A DNA stretch of 62,029 nt, the filler included, from Chiloscyllium plagiosum (Eukaryota): the NCBI RefSeq assembly GCF_004010195.1. It is 5 parts of one record of this genome, joined end to end, with 100 filler letters (N's around TTAATTAATTAA, not from the genome) between each part and the next. Parts side by side here need not be neighbours in the genome. Positions count along the whole stretch, not along the records: positions 1 to 28,413 come from NC_057717.1; 4 more parts are not named here. One strand, written 5' to 3'. The stretch's first letter is position 1, and the number at the start of each line of letters is the position of its first letter. Positions 13,441 to 25,600 of the stretch are shown here, in pieces. The notes under the pieces are model-generated. The model saw only the letters and a program-made list of their open reading frames with translations, was not told where the DNA came from and did not search any database. Made by a program: the position numbers and the translations under genes.

Positions 13441-15229
13441 TCTGCATCTCATTTTAGATCGTCTACATGGAGTCAGAACAAGTGTATTACAAACAGAAGA
13501 CAAGAAGTTGGGTGTTGTTTTTCATAATCTGCTGCAGACAGTGTTGAGTGACACTGATTGCAATGAGCATCTGTCTAAAGTTTTGAAAGTTTCAATATGC
13601 AAAAAGATCTATTAGCAAGGACGAGGGGTGAGGGCAGGGAGAAGCAGTGTGTAAATTATTTAGCGTCACAATAATACTAATCCCATCCTTCATATGCAAT
13701 GCTACTTTGCAGTGTTGGTGGACTTATCATTCAGGTATATATGACGAAAATCCTTGANNNNNNNNNNNNNNNNNNNNNNNNNNNNNNNNNNNNNNNNNNN
13801 NNNNNNNNNNNNNNNNNNNNNNNNNNNNNNNNNNNNNNNNNNNNNNNNNNNNNNNNNNNNNNNNNNNNNNNNNNNNNNNNNNNNNNNNNNNNNNNNNNNN
13901 NNNNNNNNNNNNNNNNNNNNNNNNNNNNNNNNNNNNNNNNNNNNNNNNNNNNNNNNNNNNNNNNNNNNNNNNNNNNNNNNNNNNNNNNNNNNNNNNNNNN
14001 NNNNNNNNNNNNNNNNNNNNNNNNNNNNNNNNNNNNNNNNNNNNNNNNNNNNNNNNNNNNNNNNNNNNNNNNNNNNNNNNNNNNNNNNNNNNNNNNNNNN
14101 NNNNNNNNNNNNNNNNNNNNNNNNNNNNNNNNNNNNNNNNNNNNNNNNNNNNNNNNNNNNNNNNNNNNNNNNNNNNNNNNNNNNNNNNNNNNNNNNNNNN
14201 NNNNNNNNNNNNNNNNNNNNNNNNNNNNNNNNNNNNNNNNNNNNNNNNNNNNNNNNNNNNNNNNNNNNNNNNNNNNNNNNNNNNNNNNNNNNNNNNNNNN
14301 NNNNNNNNNNNNNNNNNNNNNNNNNNNNNNNNNNNNNNNNNNNNNNNNNNNNNNNNNNNNNNNNNNNNNNNNNNNNNNNNNNNNNNNNNNNNNNNNNNNN
14401 NNNNNNNNNNNNNNNNNNNNNNNNNNNNNNNNNNNNNNNNNNNNNNNNNNNNNNATTGAAAAGTGAGCTGGATTAGCCAGATAAATATTTTGGGTGTAAA
14501 ATGATGGCTGAGAGAAACTCTCCATGAAACCTGACGAAAATGGTATATGGACAAATTGTCACTTTACTTAGTTCTGTGTCTTTCTGCAGCAGAAACTAAA
14601 ATCAATGGGGATGGGGACAAGGGAGACAGTCAACCACGGCCTGTACATGCAGTCACACTGTGAGAAGTGAACTGAACTGCCCATCTACATAGATTGTGGT
14701 CATTGTTGCAGATGCAATTCACACAAGCTGAAACACATTTTGTTTTCACGACAAAACTATTCATTTGTGAGGAAGTGAGAAGGTATTCCAATCAGATTAT
14801 CTGATGAGTTGACCATTGGTAAAGAGTAGTCGAGATAGCTTTCAGTTCCTTCTGCAGGGCTTCATTTCTGTTGTAACTGTACCAGTTCAGAAACACATCT
14901 GGGCACAGATGCAGAATAGACACATCAAATTTAGAAGTGGACAATCCCCAAAGCTTTCGGCATTTAGAGCTTTTTACATCCGTTATGGAATCCCATAATG
15001 CAATTCGGAAGATAACAGACTTCAACTCTCGCATGTACACGAGGCCACAGAGTGCTGGTGATCGAGTTTTTGAAGAGAATAGAGGTAGAAAGAGGGATTT
15101 CATTTGGTGGAGTTTGAGATCGAGAGCCAGTAGAAAACAAACGAGCCAGCTTGTATTGGTGCTGCAGGGGGTTGAGAAGAGGAGGTTCTAATGAAAAGGT
15201 GGCGTTGTTTTGTCGTATTTTACGTCGAG

Positions 15230-15890
15230 AAAGAGGGTTACAATCATTGAAGGACGTTTCAGAGACTACAGATGTGATGGTACGAATGATGTTGATTAGA
15301 GATACGTGGAAGATTTAAAAATCTGATCGAGATTACAGGATATACGAAGGGCTTGTGGTGTTTTCAAAGATCGTGAGGGATTTAGAATTGGAAGTTTCCA
15401 GATACAGGGAGATGTCTTGTGGAACGGAATAATTACAGAATTGGATCGCTGTCTGGATTGGAGGATTGGGCTTTGGGATTAGTTACTCAACAGGAAATGT
15501 TGTAACGTCTAGAGGAAGGTAAATAAGGTGGGCAAAGTTGTGGGTGGTAGAAGATAACTTTACAGATTAAATGAACACTGTAATGCCGGTGGAGTTAATG
15601 AAGACATGAGATTTGTCATCGCTGGAGGCAGTTAGAAACAATGGTGATTGGATGATCTGGAGAGGATTGCAAAGGATTAGAGGTTTCTATGTAACAGAGA
15701 GGTTGCAACGGAAGTGGCTGTGGCAAGCACTTCAGAAAGATTGCATAGAGATGATTGTATGGGCTGGAGACTCCAGAGAAAGAAAGTCCATATGGCTTGC
15801 ATTAGTTACAGAGATAAGAACGGCTACATTGTCTAATAGGGGTTGGAAATGAAGGAATCTATCGTACAGAATCGCAAATCTTTGCAGTTG
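15230..15890 (-). repeat. Degenerate purine-rich minisatellite (gaggttacagagatagga-type), reverse complement of the 48.4-49.9 kb array type
   Basis: Recurrent gattacagga / gttacagagataag / ggttgcaa / ttgtaa..ctagagga motifs. Confidence 0.5.
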
Positions 15891-16249
15891 CAGGACTCTC
15901 ACATTACATTGAACCACTCAGAATTCTTATGACACAGGAGGATGTCATTTTGTCCAACACGTTGGTACTAGCTCTAAACTGAACTCTTTCCTGAATAATG
16001 ATTTCCTGATATGCACCGCATCCTTACTCNNNNNNNNNNNNNNNNNNNNNNNNNNNNNNNNNNNNNNNNNNNNNNNNNNNNNNNNNNNNNNNNNNNNNNN
16101 NNNNNNNNNNNNNNNNNNNNNNNNNNNNNNNNNNNNNNNNNNNNNNNNNNNNNNNNNNNNNNNNNNNNNNNNNNNNNNNNNNNNNNNNNNNNNNNNNNNN
16201 NNNNNNNNNNNNNNNNNNNNNNNNNNNNNNNNNNNNNNNNNNNNNNNNA

Positions 16250-16720
16250 ATTCTAACTTTTTCAATCTGACTCCACAACTAAACTTTGTCACCCCAGATC
16301 CATTCTTGTCAATCTCTTCCTCAATCATTCCATATGTTTGCATCCATCCTGTCATAGAGTACTATAGTTGTGGCCTAAAATGTGTTTGATGCAATTTCAG
16401 TAGCACCTCTTGAAATTATAATTTATCCTCAATCTTTATAAAGCCAGGAATACTGTACTTTTACTGAAGTTTAATGTCCTGCCAACTTGAATGGTATGTG
16501 CACATGTAATTCCCCTACGCAGTCCTTCACTCCACGACTCCATCAGGTTTTGCGAAATATTTTATATTGTCTGTTTAATGCTCTTGCTGGAAAACTGCAT
16601 TGTTCCGTGCTTCTCTGTTCCAAACTTCATTCATCAACTTGCTGCTTACCCTACCAAAATGTCAATGTATTCTTAGTGTTCCACAAAGTCTTCCTCACAG
16701 TTTAAAATTTGTTCAAATTC
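16250..16720 (-). mobile_element. Decayed CR1-like fragment
   Basis: Minus strand resembles CR1 C-terminal RT region (LRPQL.YS..W; GVRLKKLE). Confidence 0.5.
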
Positions 16721-16739
16721 TGTGTGGAGGGACCTATCT

Positions 16740-17074
16740 GATGTCACGTAAAAGACCATAGAGTTCTTGTGGATGTAGTTTTGAATACAGTCGAGATAGA
16801 TGGGGATGGTTTTGTTGCTGGAGGTTGAGATCAAGACACTGCAGAGAACAGGGGTAGAAATATACGTCAGACGTCAGAAGTAGTTTCTTTACACAGAGAG
16901 TTTTAGGGAAGCAGAATGCCGTGCCTGCATTTCCATTAGTCCCGCAAACCTTAAGGACATTTAAATAATCATTGGATAAACGTACAGATGAAAGGTGAAT
17001 ACTGTAGTTTGGCCTGGCTTCAGATTGGTTCTACCAGCCGGCGCTAGTGTTCTATGTTCTAAGTTCTATGTTCT
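16740..17074 (+). mobile_element. Decayed CR1 3' end
   Basis: tttctttacacagagagt..gaatgccgtgcctg, then tail gttctatgttctaagttctatgttct at 17049-17074. Confidence 0.7.
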
Positions 17075-17943
17075 CACTCACTGTCACTCTCACAGTCCCA
17101 GCCACTTCCCCAGCTTCATGCTCACTCTACTGCCCACTGCTCTACCATCAAGATTACCCATTTGCACATTCTGCCACTTTCCACGCTCACTACCACAAAC
17201 ACTCCGCCACTGTGACATTCACAACGCCATGCACTACCCCAACGTCCTGCACACTATCCCACCTACACGCCCAAAATCCCGCACACTCCCACCGTCATAA
17301 TTATTCCCCTGCACACTCCACTACCGTCATTCTCAATCCTCCACACAGTGCCATAGCGGCATGCTCACTCCCCAGGAAAATTATGCAAACTCTAGCTCAC
17401 TTCCCCAGAATGTCCTCCACTGTCACCCTCACAACTGTGCCCAATTCACACCATCAAGCGCATTCGCCCACGCAGACTGCAACATCACGCTCAGTGCCCC
17501 ACACATTCCTCCACACTCTCACTCACTGCTCCGCATACTACCTTGCACACTCGGCCACATTTCACTCCTTCACCCGCGAACTTCCCCACCAACTAGCATA
17601 CTCTCCCTCAGGCCCACGCATGCACACACATTGTAAAGATTGTAATCCGGCACACTCCCCCACTGTTATGCTCACATCCCGCCCACGCCTGCCATTCGCA
17701 GTTGCTCCACGACACAATCATCCACCACCAAATTCACTCACCGCACAATCGCCTACCATCATACACTTGGACCCGAACATACATGTATCATCACGCTCAC
17801 TTTCAATCACACTAGATGACCATCACCCTGTGAATCGCCCACACACTTCCCTTTCCTTTCATTGAAACCACCACGCAATTCTACACCATCACTATCACTC
17901 CCCCATACAGAACATCATTGTGAAGCTCAAATGTTAGCTCATT

Positions 17944-20275
17944 CATAGAACATAGAAGAATACAGCGCAGCACAGGCCCTTCGGCCCACGATGTTGCGAA
18001 GGTCCAAGCCCACCTAACCTACACTAGACCACTATCCTCCATATGCCTATCCAATGCCCGCTTAAATGCCCATAATGAGGGAGAGTCCACCACTGCTACT
18101 GACAGGGCATTCCATGAACTCACGACTCGCTGAGTAAAGAACCTACCCCTAACATCTGTCCTATACCTACCCCCCCCCCCCTTAATTTAAAGCTATGCCC
18201 CCCCGTAATAGCTGACTCCATATGTGGAAAAAGGTTCTCACAGTCAACCCTATCAAAACCCCTAATCNNNNNNNNNNNNNNNNNNNNNNNNNNNNNNNNN
18301 NNNNNNNNNNNNNNNNNNNNNNNNNNNNNNNNNNNNNNNNNNNNNNNNNNNNNNNNNNNNNNNNNNNNNNNNNNNNNNNNNNNNNNNNNNNNNNNNNNNN
18401 NNNNNNNNNNNNNNNNNNNNNNNNNNNNNNNNNNNNNNNNNNNNNNNNNNNNNNNNNNNNNNNNNNNNNNNNNNNNNNNNNNNNNNNNNNNNNNNNNNNN
18501 NNNNNNNNNNNNNNNNNNNNNNNNNNNNNNNNNNNNNNNNNNNNNNNNNNNNNNNNNNNNNNNNNNNNNNNNNNNNNNNNNNNNNNNNNNNNNNNNNNNN
18601 NNNNNNNNNNNNNNNNNNNNNNNNNNNNNNNNNNNNNNNNNNNNNNNNNNNNNNNNNNNNNNNNNNNNNNNNNNNNNNNNNNNNNNNNNNNNNNNNNNNN
18701 NNNNNNNNNNNNNNNNNNNNNNNNNNNNNNNNNNNNNNNNNNNNNNNNNNNNNNNNNNNNNNNNNNNNNNNNNNNNNNNNNNNNNNNNNNNNNNNNNNNN
18801 NNNNNNNNNNNNNNNNNNNNNNNNNNNNNNNNNNNNNNNNNNNNNNNNNNNNNNNNNNNNNNNNNNNNNNNNNNNNNNNNNNNNNNNNNNNNNNNNNNNN
18901 NNNNNNNNNNNNNNNNNNNNNNNNNNNNNNNNNNNNNNNNNNNNNNNNNNNNNNNNNNNNNNNNNNNNNNNNNNNNNNNNNNNNNNNNNNNNNNNNNNNN
19001 NNNNNNNNNNNNNNNNNNNNNNNNNNNNNNNNNNNNNNNNNNNNNNNNNNNNNNNNNNNNNNNNNNNNNNNNNNNNNNNNNNNNNNNNNNNNNNNNNNNN
19101 NNNNNNNNNNNNNNNNNNNNNNNNNNNNNNNNNNNNNNNNNNNNNNNNNNNNNNNNNNNNNNNNNNNNNNNNNNNNNNNNNNNNNNNNNNNNNNNNNNNN
19201 NNNNNNCTTCAACAATATGGTCCCTCTCATTTGTAAATACTGAAGAAAAGTACTCATTCAATGTCTCCCCAATCTCTTCAGCCTCCACACGCAACTTCCC
19301 ACTACTATCCTTGACTGGACCTATTCCTACCCTAGTCATTCTTTTATTCCTGACATACCTATAGAAAGCCTTAGGGTTTTCCCTAATCCTACCAACTAAG
19401 GACCTTTCGTGTACCCTCCTTGCTGCTCTTAGCTCTCTCTTCAGGTCCTTCCTGGCTACCTTATAACTCTCAATCGCCCCAATTGAACCTTCACGCCTCA
19501 TCTTTACATAGGCCGCCCTCTTTCATTTAAGAAGGGATTCCAATTCCTTATCAAGCCACGGCTCCCTCACACGACCCTTTCCTCCCTGCCTGACGGGTAC
19601 ATACTTATCAAGGACACTTAATAGTTGCTCCTTGAACAAGCTCCACATATCAATTACGCCCTTGCCTTGAATTCTACTTTTCCAAGCCACGCAACATAAG
19701 TCATGCCTCACCGCATCATAATTTCCCTGACCCCAGCTATAACTCTTGCCCTGTAGTGCACACTTATCCCTCTCCATCACTACAGTAAAAGTCACCGAAT
19801 TGTGGTCACTGTCCCCAAAGTGCTCACCTACCTCTAATTCTAACACCTGACCTGTTTCATTACCCAGAACCAAATCCAGTATGGCCTCACCTCTTGTTGG
19901 CCTATCTACATATTGTGTCAGGAAACCCTCCTGCACACATTGGACAAACACTGACCCATCTAACGAACTTGAGCTATAGCTTTCCCAATCAATATCAGGA
20001 AAGTTAAAGTCCCCCATAACAACCACCCTATAACTAATCCCAGGTACCAACCCACGCTGCAAGTTCACTTACCTTATTTCGTATACTTCTTGCATTGAAG
20101 TATACACACTTCAAGCCACTTTCCTGTTTACAGGCACCCTCCTTTGAAATTGATGCCATGTTCCTAACCTCCCTACACTCCAGGTCCTGCACCCAAAAGC
20201 TACAGTCTGGGTTTCCATGCCCCGGCAGAGTTAGTTTAAACCACCCCCAAGAGCACTAGCAAACCTCCCACCACC
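17944..20275 (-). mobile_element. Young CR1 LINE (APE, linker, assembly gap, 3' tail) with an internal deletion in the endonuclease
   Basis: VVVMGDFNFPDIDW..QYVDRPTRGEAILDLVLGNE..HFGDSDHNSV; RENPKAFYRYVRNKR; 3' end nearly identical to the 3' end of 1-1037. Confidence 0.95.
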
Positions 20276-21688
20276 TTTAACCTCTCTCTCAGCACACTCC
20301 ACCACCATCATGCTCGCACACTGTCCCACAATCACGTTCACCCCCACACTGTCCTCCACTGTCAAGCTCACTCCCACGCTCTGCCCCCACCATCATTCAC
20401 ACCCCTGCACAAACCCCAACGGCACCCTCACTCCCATGAATCCAACTCACCATCACGCTCACACACCACTCTCATACCCAATAGCCCACACGCTCCTCTG
20501 CTGTTACATTCAATCCTTGCACACTTCCCACCGTCACGTTTATTCGCCTGTAGACTCCACCGTAGTCATTCTCATTGCCCAGCATATTCCCCCACCGTTA
20601 CTCTTTGCATTCCCCCATGCATGTACACACAGGATCAAACTCACACACCCGCACACTCCCCAACAACAAGCCCATTCATCTGCACTTTTCCATACCAGCA
20701 CTCTCATTCCGCACGTAAAGAATTCCACAGTCAATCTCACTTCCCCTCACTCTCCACCACTGTCACATTCACCGTCATGCTCATTCGCCCACTGTCACAG
20801 TGACTCCCCTGCACTCTTCTGCAAAGCCACGCTCACGACCCTGCACATTCCCCTATCGTACTCTGACGCACACACCACTGCCACATTCATTCTCCTGCAG
20901 TCACCCCCGCAATCATGCTCATTCGCCTGGAAACCTCACCACGTCGCACTAGTTCCACCGCACAATCCTCACGATCAAGTTCACTGCCCCGAACCCTCTC
21001 CCACTATCACACCCACAGCCTCGCGGTCTCTCAGTCCTCCATACTTGGCCACCGCCATGCTTCCTCCCCTGCACACTCCCACACCAAAACACCTCCTTCC
21101 CTGCTCCCTTCCCAACTGGCAGGCTTTCCCCTGGCAATACCTGACAGATATGCATGCTCCCCAACACATGGTCACACGTTCAATACCCACACACTCCCCC
21201 ACCATCACGCTCACTTCGCCGACATTCATTCACTGTGATGCTCACTGCCCGTCACAGTCACCCGACTTCAGGTTCACACCCCGAGGCACTCTGGTACTGT
21301 TGTGCTTGCTCCACCGCACACATCCCCACCATCAATCTCACTTACCCGCACAATCCGCCATCATCACACTCACTGTCCCGCACATAACCTTACTATCATG
21401 CTCACTCCCCCAGAGACTCCCTCATTGTCATGCTCACTACCCCAGAAACACCCTCGCTACCACGCCTACTCGACTGCTCACTCCCCACTGTTTAGCTCAT
21501 TCCCCACTCACATCCCACCTCAGGCTGACTCCCTGCAACCAACACCACCAAAATATTTCTTCACTGCCTCACAACCCCCGCACACACATGATTGTCGTGC
21601 TTGTTCCCCCATGCACAACACCACCTTTGTCCTCAACTCCACTGAACAATCCCTGCCTGCATGGGAATTCGCTTGGCGGTGGTGGTGT

Positions 21689-22654
21689 TCTGCCTGGAAG
21701 TCTGTGGTGAGTGGTGTTCCAAAGGGCGCTGTCCTTGGGCACCTGCTGTTTGTAATTTTTATTAATGACTTGGATGAGGGGATTGAACGATGGGTCAGCA
21801 AGTTTGCAGACGACATAAAGGTTGTCCTTGACAGTACAGAGGGCTGTTGTAGGCTTCAGCGGGACATTGACAGGATGCAGAGATGGGATGAGAGGTGGCA
21901 GATGGAGTTCAATCTGGATAAGTGCGAGGTGATGGATTTTGGAAGGTCGAACTTGAAAGCTGAGTACAGGATTAAGGATAGGATTCTTGGCAGTGTGGAG
22001 GAACAGAGGGATCTTGGTGTGCAGGTACATAAATCCCTTAAAATTTCCACCCAAGTGGACATGGTTGTTAATAAAGCATATGGTATTTTGGCTTTCATTA
22101 ACGGGGGATTAAGTTTAAGAGTCGTGAGATCTTGTTGCAGCTCTATAAAACTGTGGTTAGACCGCACTTGAAATACTGCGTCCAGTTCTGGTCGCCCTAT
22201 TATAGGAAAGATGTGAATGCCTTGGAGAGGGTTCATAGGAGGTTTACCAGGATGCTGCCTGGACTGGAGGGCTTATCATATGAAGAGAGGTTGACTGAGC
22301 TCATTGACTGAGACTTTTTTTTATTGGAGAAAAGGATGAGGAGAGGGGGCCTACTTGAGGTATACGAGATAATGAGAGGCATAGATAGAGTCGATAGGCA
22401 GAGACTATTTCCAGAGACGGGGGATGGAGGAAAGTATAGAGGGGATGTCAGAGGCGGGTTCTTTACATAGAGAGTTGTGAGAGCATGGAATGCATTGCCA
22501 GCAGCAGTTATGAAGCAAGGTCATTGGGGACATTTAAGAGATTACTGGACATGCATATGGTCACAAAAATTTGAAGATTCATACATGAGCATCAGTGGTT
22601 GGCACAACATCAAGGGTTGAAGGGCCTGTTCTGTGCTTACTGTTCTATGTTCTA
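21689..22654 (+). mobile_element. 5'-truncated CR1 LINE (RT C-terminal half and 3' tail)
   Basis: [40 protein letters not shown]; tail tgttctatgttcta at ~22641-22654. Confidence 0.93.
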
Positions 22655-25600
22655 ATTCACCACTGTCAAGCTCACTCACCCGCACACTCCCCCACCATTA
22701 TGGTTACTAGCCTGCACAAAGACTAACTGTCACAATCATTCACCTGAACATTCACCTACAATTACGTTCACTCCACTGCACAATAATCCACTGTGTGCCT
22801 CACGCCCCAGCACACTCCCCAAGGACCTACTCACTGCCCTGCGCATGCACCCACTGTCACACACACTTGCCCACTCACTCCCTACACTCCTCCACTGTCA
22901 TTCCCAATCCCCCACACACTCCCCACTGTACCTCTCAATATCACACATACTCTGCCCATTTGTCATACTCATTCTTCTGGAATGCCCTCATCGTCACGCT
23001 CACTCCTCCGTGCCCTACCCAACACTGTCCCAAAGTCACACTCACTCACCACGCATTCATCCACTGTCACACTTACCCTCTCACACATAACACACCATCG
23101 TGCTTACTCCCCTGCATACACCACCACCGCCAAGCGAATTCCCATGCAGTGTCCTCTCCGTCATGCTCACTCCCTCGCATGTACCTCCACTGTTGTTCTC
23201 ACATTCCTGCGCATAGCTGACTGTCATGCTCACTCCCCTGCGCACCGTCATGTTCACAACCCTATGCACAACTCCACTTTCATGCTCACTACACCACATC
23301 TTCCTTTAACAGCATGCTGATTCTCCTGCACACATCTCCCCTCATACTCACTCCCCTGCTATCTCCCCCATACTGCACCACTGTCAATCACACTCCCTCA
23401 CACACTCCCACACCATACTGCTCCCTTCCCGCAGTCCAGCACGTCCCACAATCATTTATCTGCACATGTACCCATCGTCACACTCGCTCCCTGGCTCACT
23501 CCCCCAGTCTGCCCCTCCGTCATGCTCAGTCCCCTGCACTCTTTCTCAATATCATGCTCATTCACCCAGGAACTACTCCATTGTCACGCACACTCCCTCG
23601 CACACTCCTCACCATCAAGCCCTTTCCCCTGTCGAAACCACTCGTCATACTCACTTCCAGGCACTCTAATCACAATCACATTCATTGCCCCTCGCACAGC
23701 CCCACACACTCCTCCACCATTAGTCTCCCAACCACACGCAGTGCCCTAACAATACACTCCGTCCATGTTCACTCCCCTGCATTCAGACACACTGTTAAGC
23801 TCACTTCTCCACTCACTCGTCCACTACTATTCTGGCTCAGCTATCCACGCATCACCATCATGCTTGCTCCCTCATACTCTGTCACGCAGTCACGATCACT
23901 CCCACACTCACCCCCCACTGTTCAGCTCACTAACTCTACATTCCGTCACGATGATACTCACTGCCCGTCACTCACTTCGACTGTCAACTTTCACACACTC
24001 CCCCACCATAGAGCTCACACCCCCGCACAATCCCACCAGCAATCTCCCTGCCCCGCGTACAATTGCACTGTGATTCCTACTCCCACAGAAACTCAGATTC
24101 ACACTCACTCTCCATGCAACTCTCCCACAGAGAAGCCCTGTCCCCGCACACCCTAGTTCCATCACAGTCGCTCCCCAACCATCGCACGTGTACCCTGCAC
24201 TCTCACTTATAGGTAGCCCTCAATGTCCCATAGATACTGCATCTCATGCATTCCTCCGCACACTGTCACAATATACCACTCACACCCCACACACTCCCAC
24301 ACCATCATGCGCACTTTTCCACATATTTACCCACATTCATGTCCACTCCTCCACGCACACAGACCCCACCATGCTTATTTGCCCGCACTCTCTCCCACTG
24401 TCGCACTCATTTCCATGCACACTTGACATTGTCATGAGCACTACTTATCTCCCTCCCTGACACACTCACTCACTGTTGCAATCACTCCCGCGCGCTGTGG
24501 CACACCGACGCATTCACTGAACCAATGTCATGCTCACTGCCCCATACAGCGACCACTGGCTCACTCACACTCTGCCACCGTCAAGCAAACTCCACTGCAT
24601 TCTGCCGTACCATACCAGTCAATCTGGCACACTCTCTGACACATCTGTCCACTTTATGGCACAATCCCCCTCCATCTCACACAGCCACACACACTAACCA
24701 GTACAATTTTGCATCGTCTTGTTCACTCCCCTGCACTCTCACAACCATCACACACACTTCGCTGCAAACCACCCAAGACATCACACTTTCTCTGTCACAC
24801 ACTGCCCCACCGTCACGCTCAGTGCCCTGCATACTCACACACCAGTCGCTCCACCACACACTCCCCCTTTAAAGCTCAATTTCCCACCATCTCATCCATC
24901 ATCCGTCTCGCACCCCAACGCCAAGCTGACTCTCCAAATTACTCCCACAGCACGTCACTCCCTTCCCCACACACTTCCACGCCATCATGCAGACATACGT
25001 GCAGATGTTCTGACTGTCACACTGACTACACTGCACACCATCCCTCCTTCAAGCTCATGTTCCTGCACACTCCCCACCTTCACACCAAGTTACCTGACCA
25101 CTCCCACAACGCCGTGCTCACTCCCCAGCACGCTTCCATACCATCAAACACTCTCAACCACACACTGCTACACCTTTATACTCACTCAATCACACACAAA
25201 CCAACTCACGCTCACTCAACTATCTTCTCCTTCACTACCCAGCAGACTTTCACACCATCAAGTGCACACCCCCAGTGTAACGAGTACTCCCCCGCACGCT
25301 CCCCCACCATCATATTTGCTCAGCCGCCCACCTTCCTACAGTCATGCATTTTATGCGATATATTCCACAACTGTCATGCTGACTCCGCCTCACACACCCA
25401 CCGTCATGCTCACTTCACCACTGTGACCCACAATCTCCCACACACTCCCCCACCACCATCACTCTCAATGCCCCACTCTCCCCCACTCTGATGCTCTCTC
25501 TTCACGCACTCCCTCACCTTCTGCTCACTCCCCACACACTCAGCCATTTTTACGCTTGGCCCCCCACTGTCACGCTCATTCACTTACACTCTACCTTACA

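Noticed and set aside
10583..19501. ORFs made of X runs (also near 27.9-28.5 kb)
   Set aside because: Artefacts of translating through N gaps.
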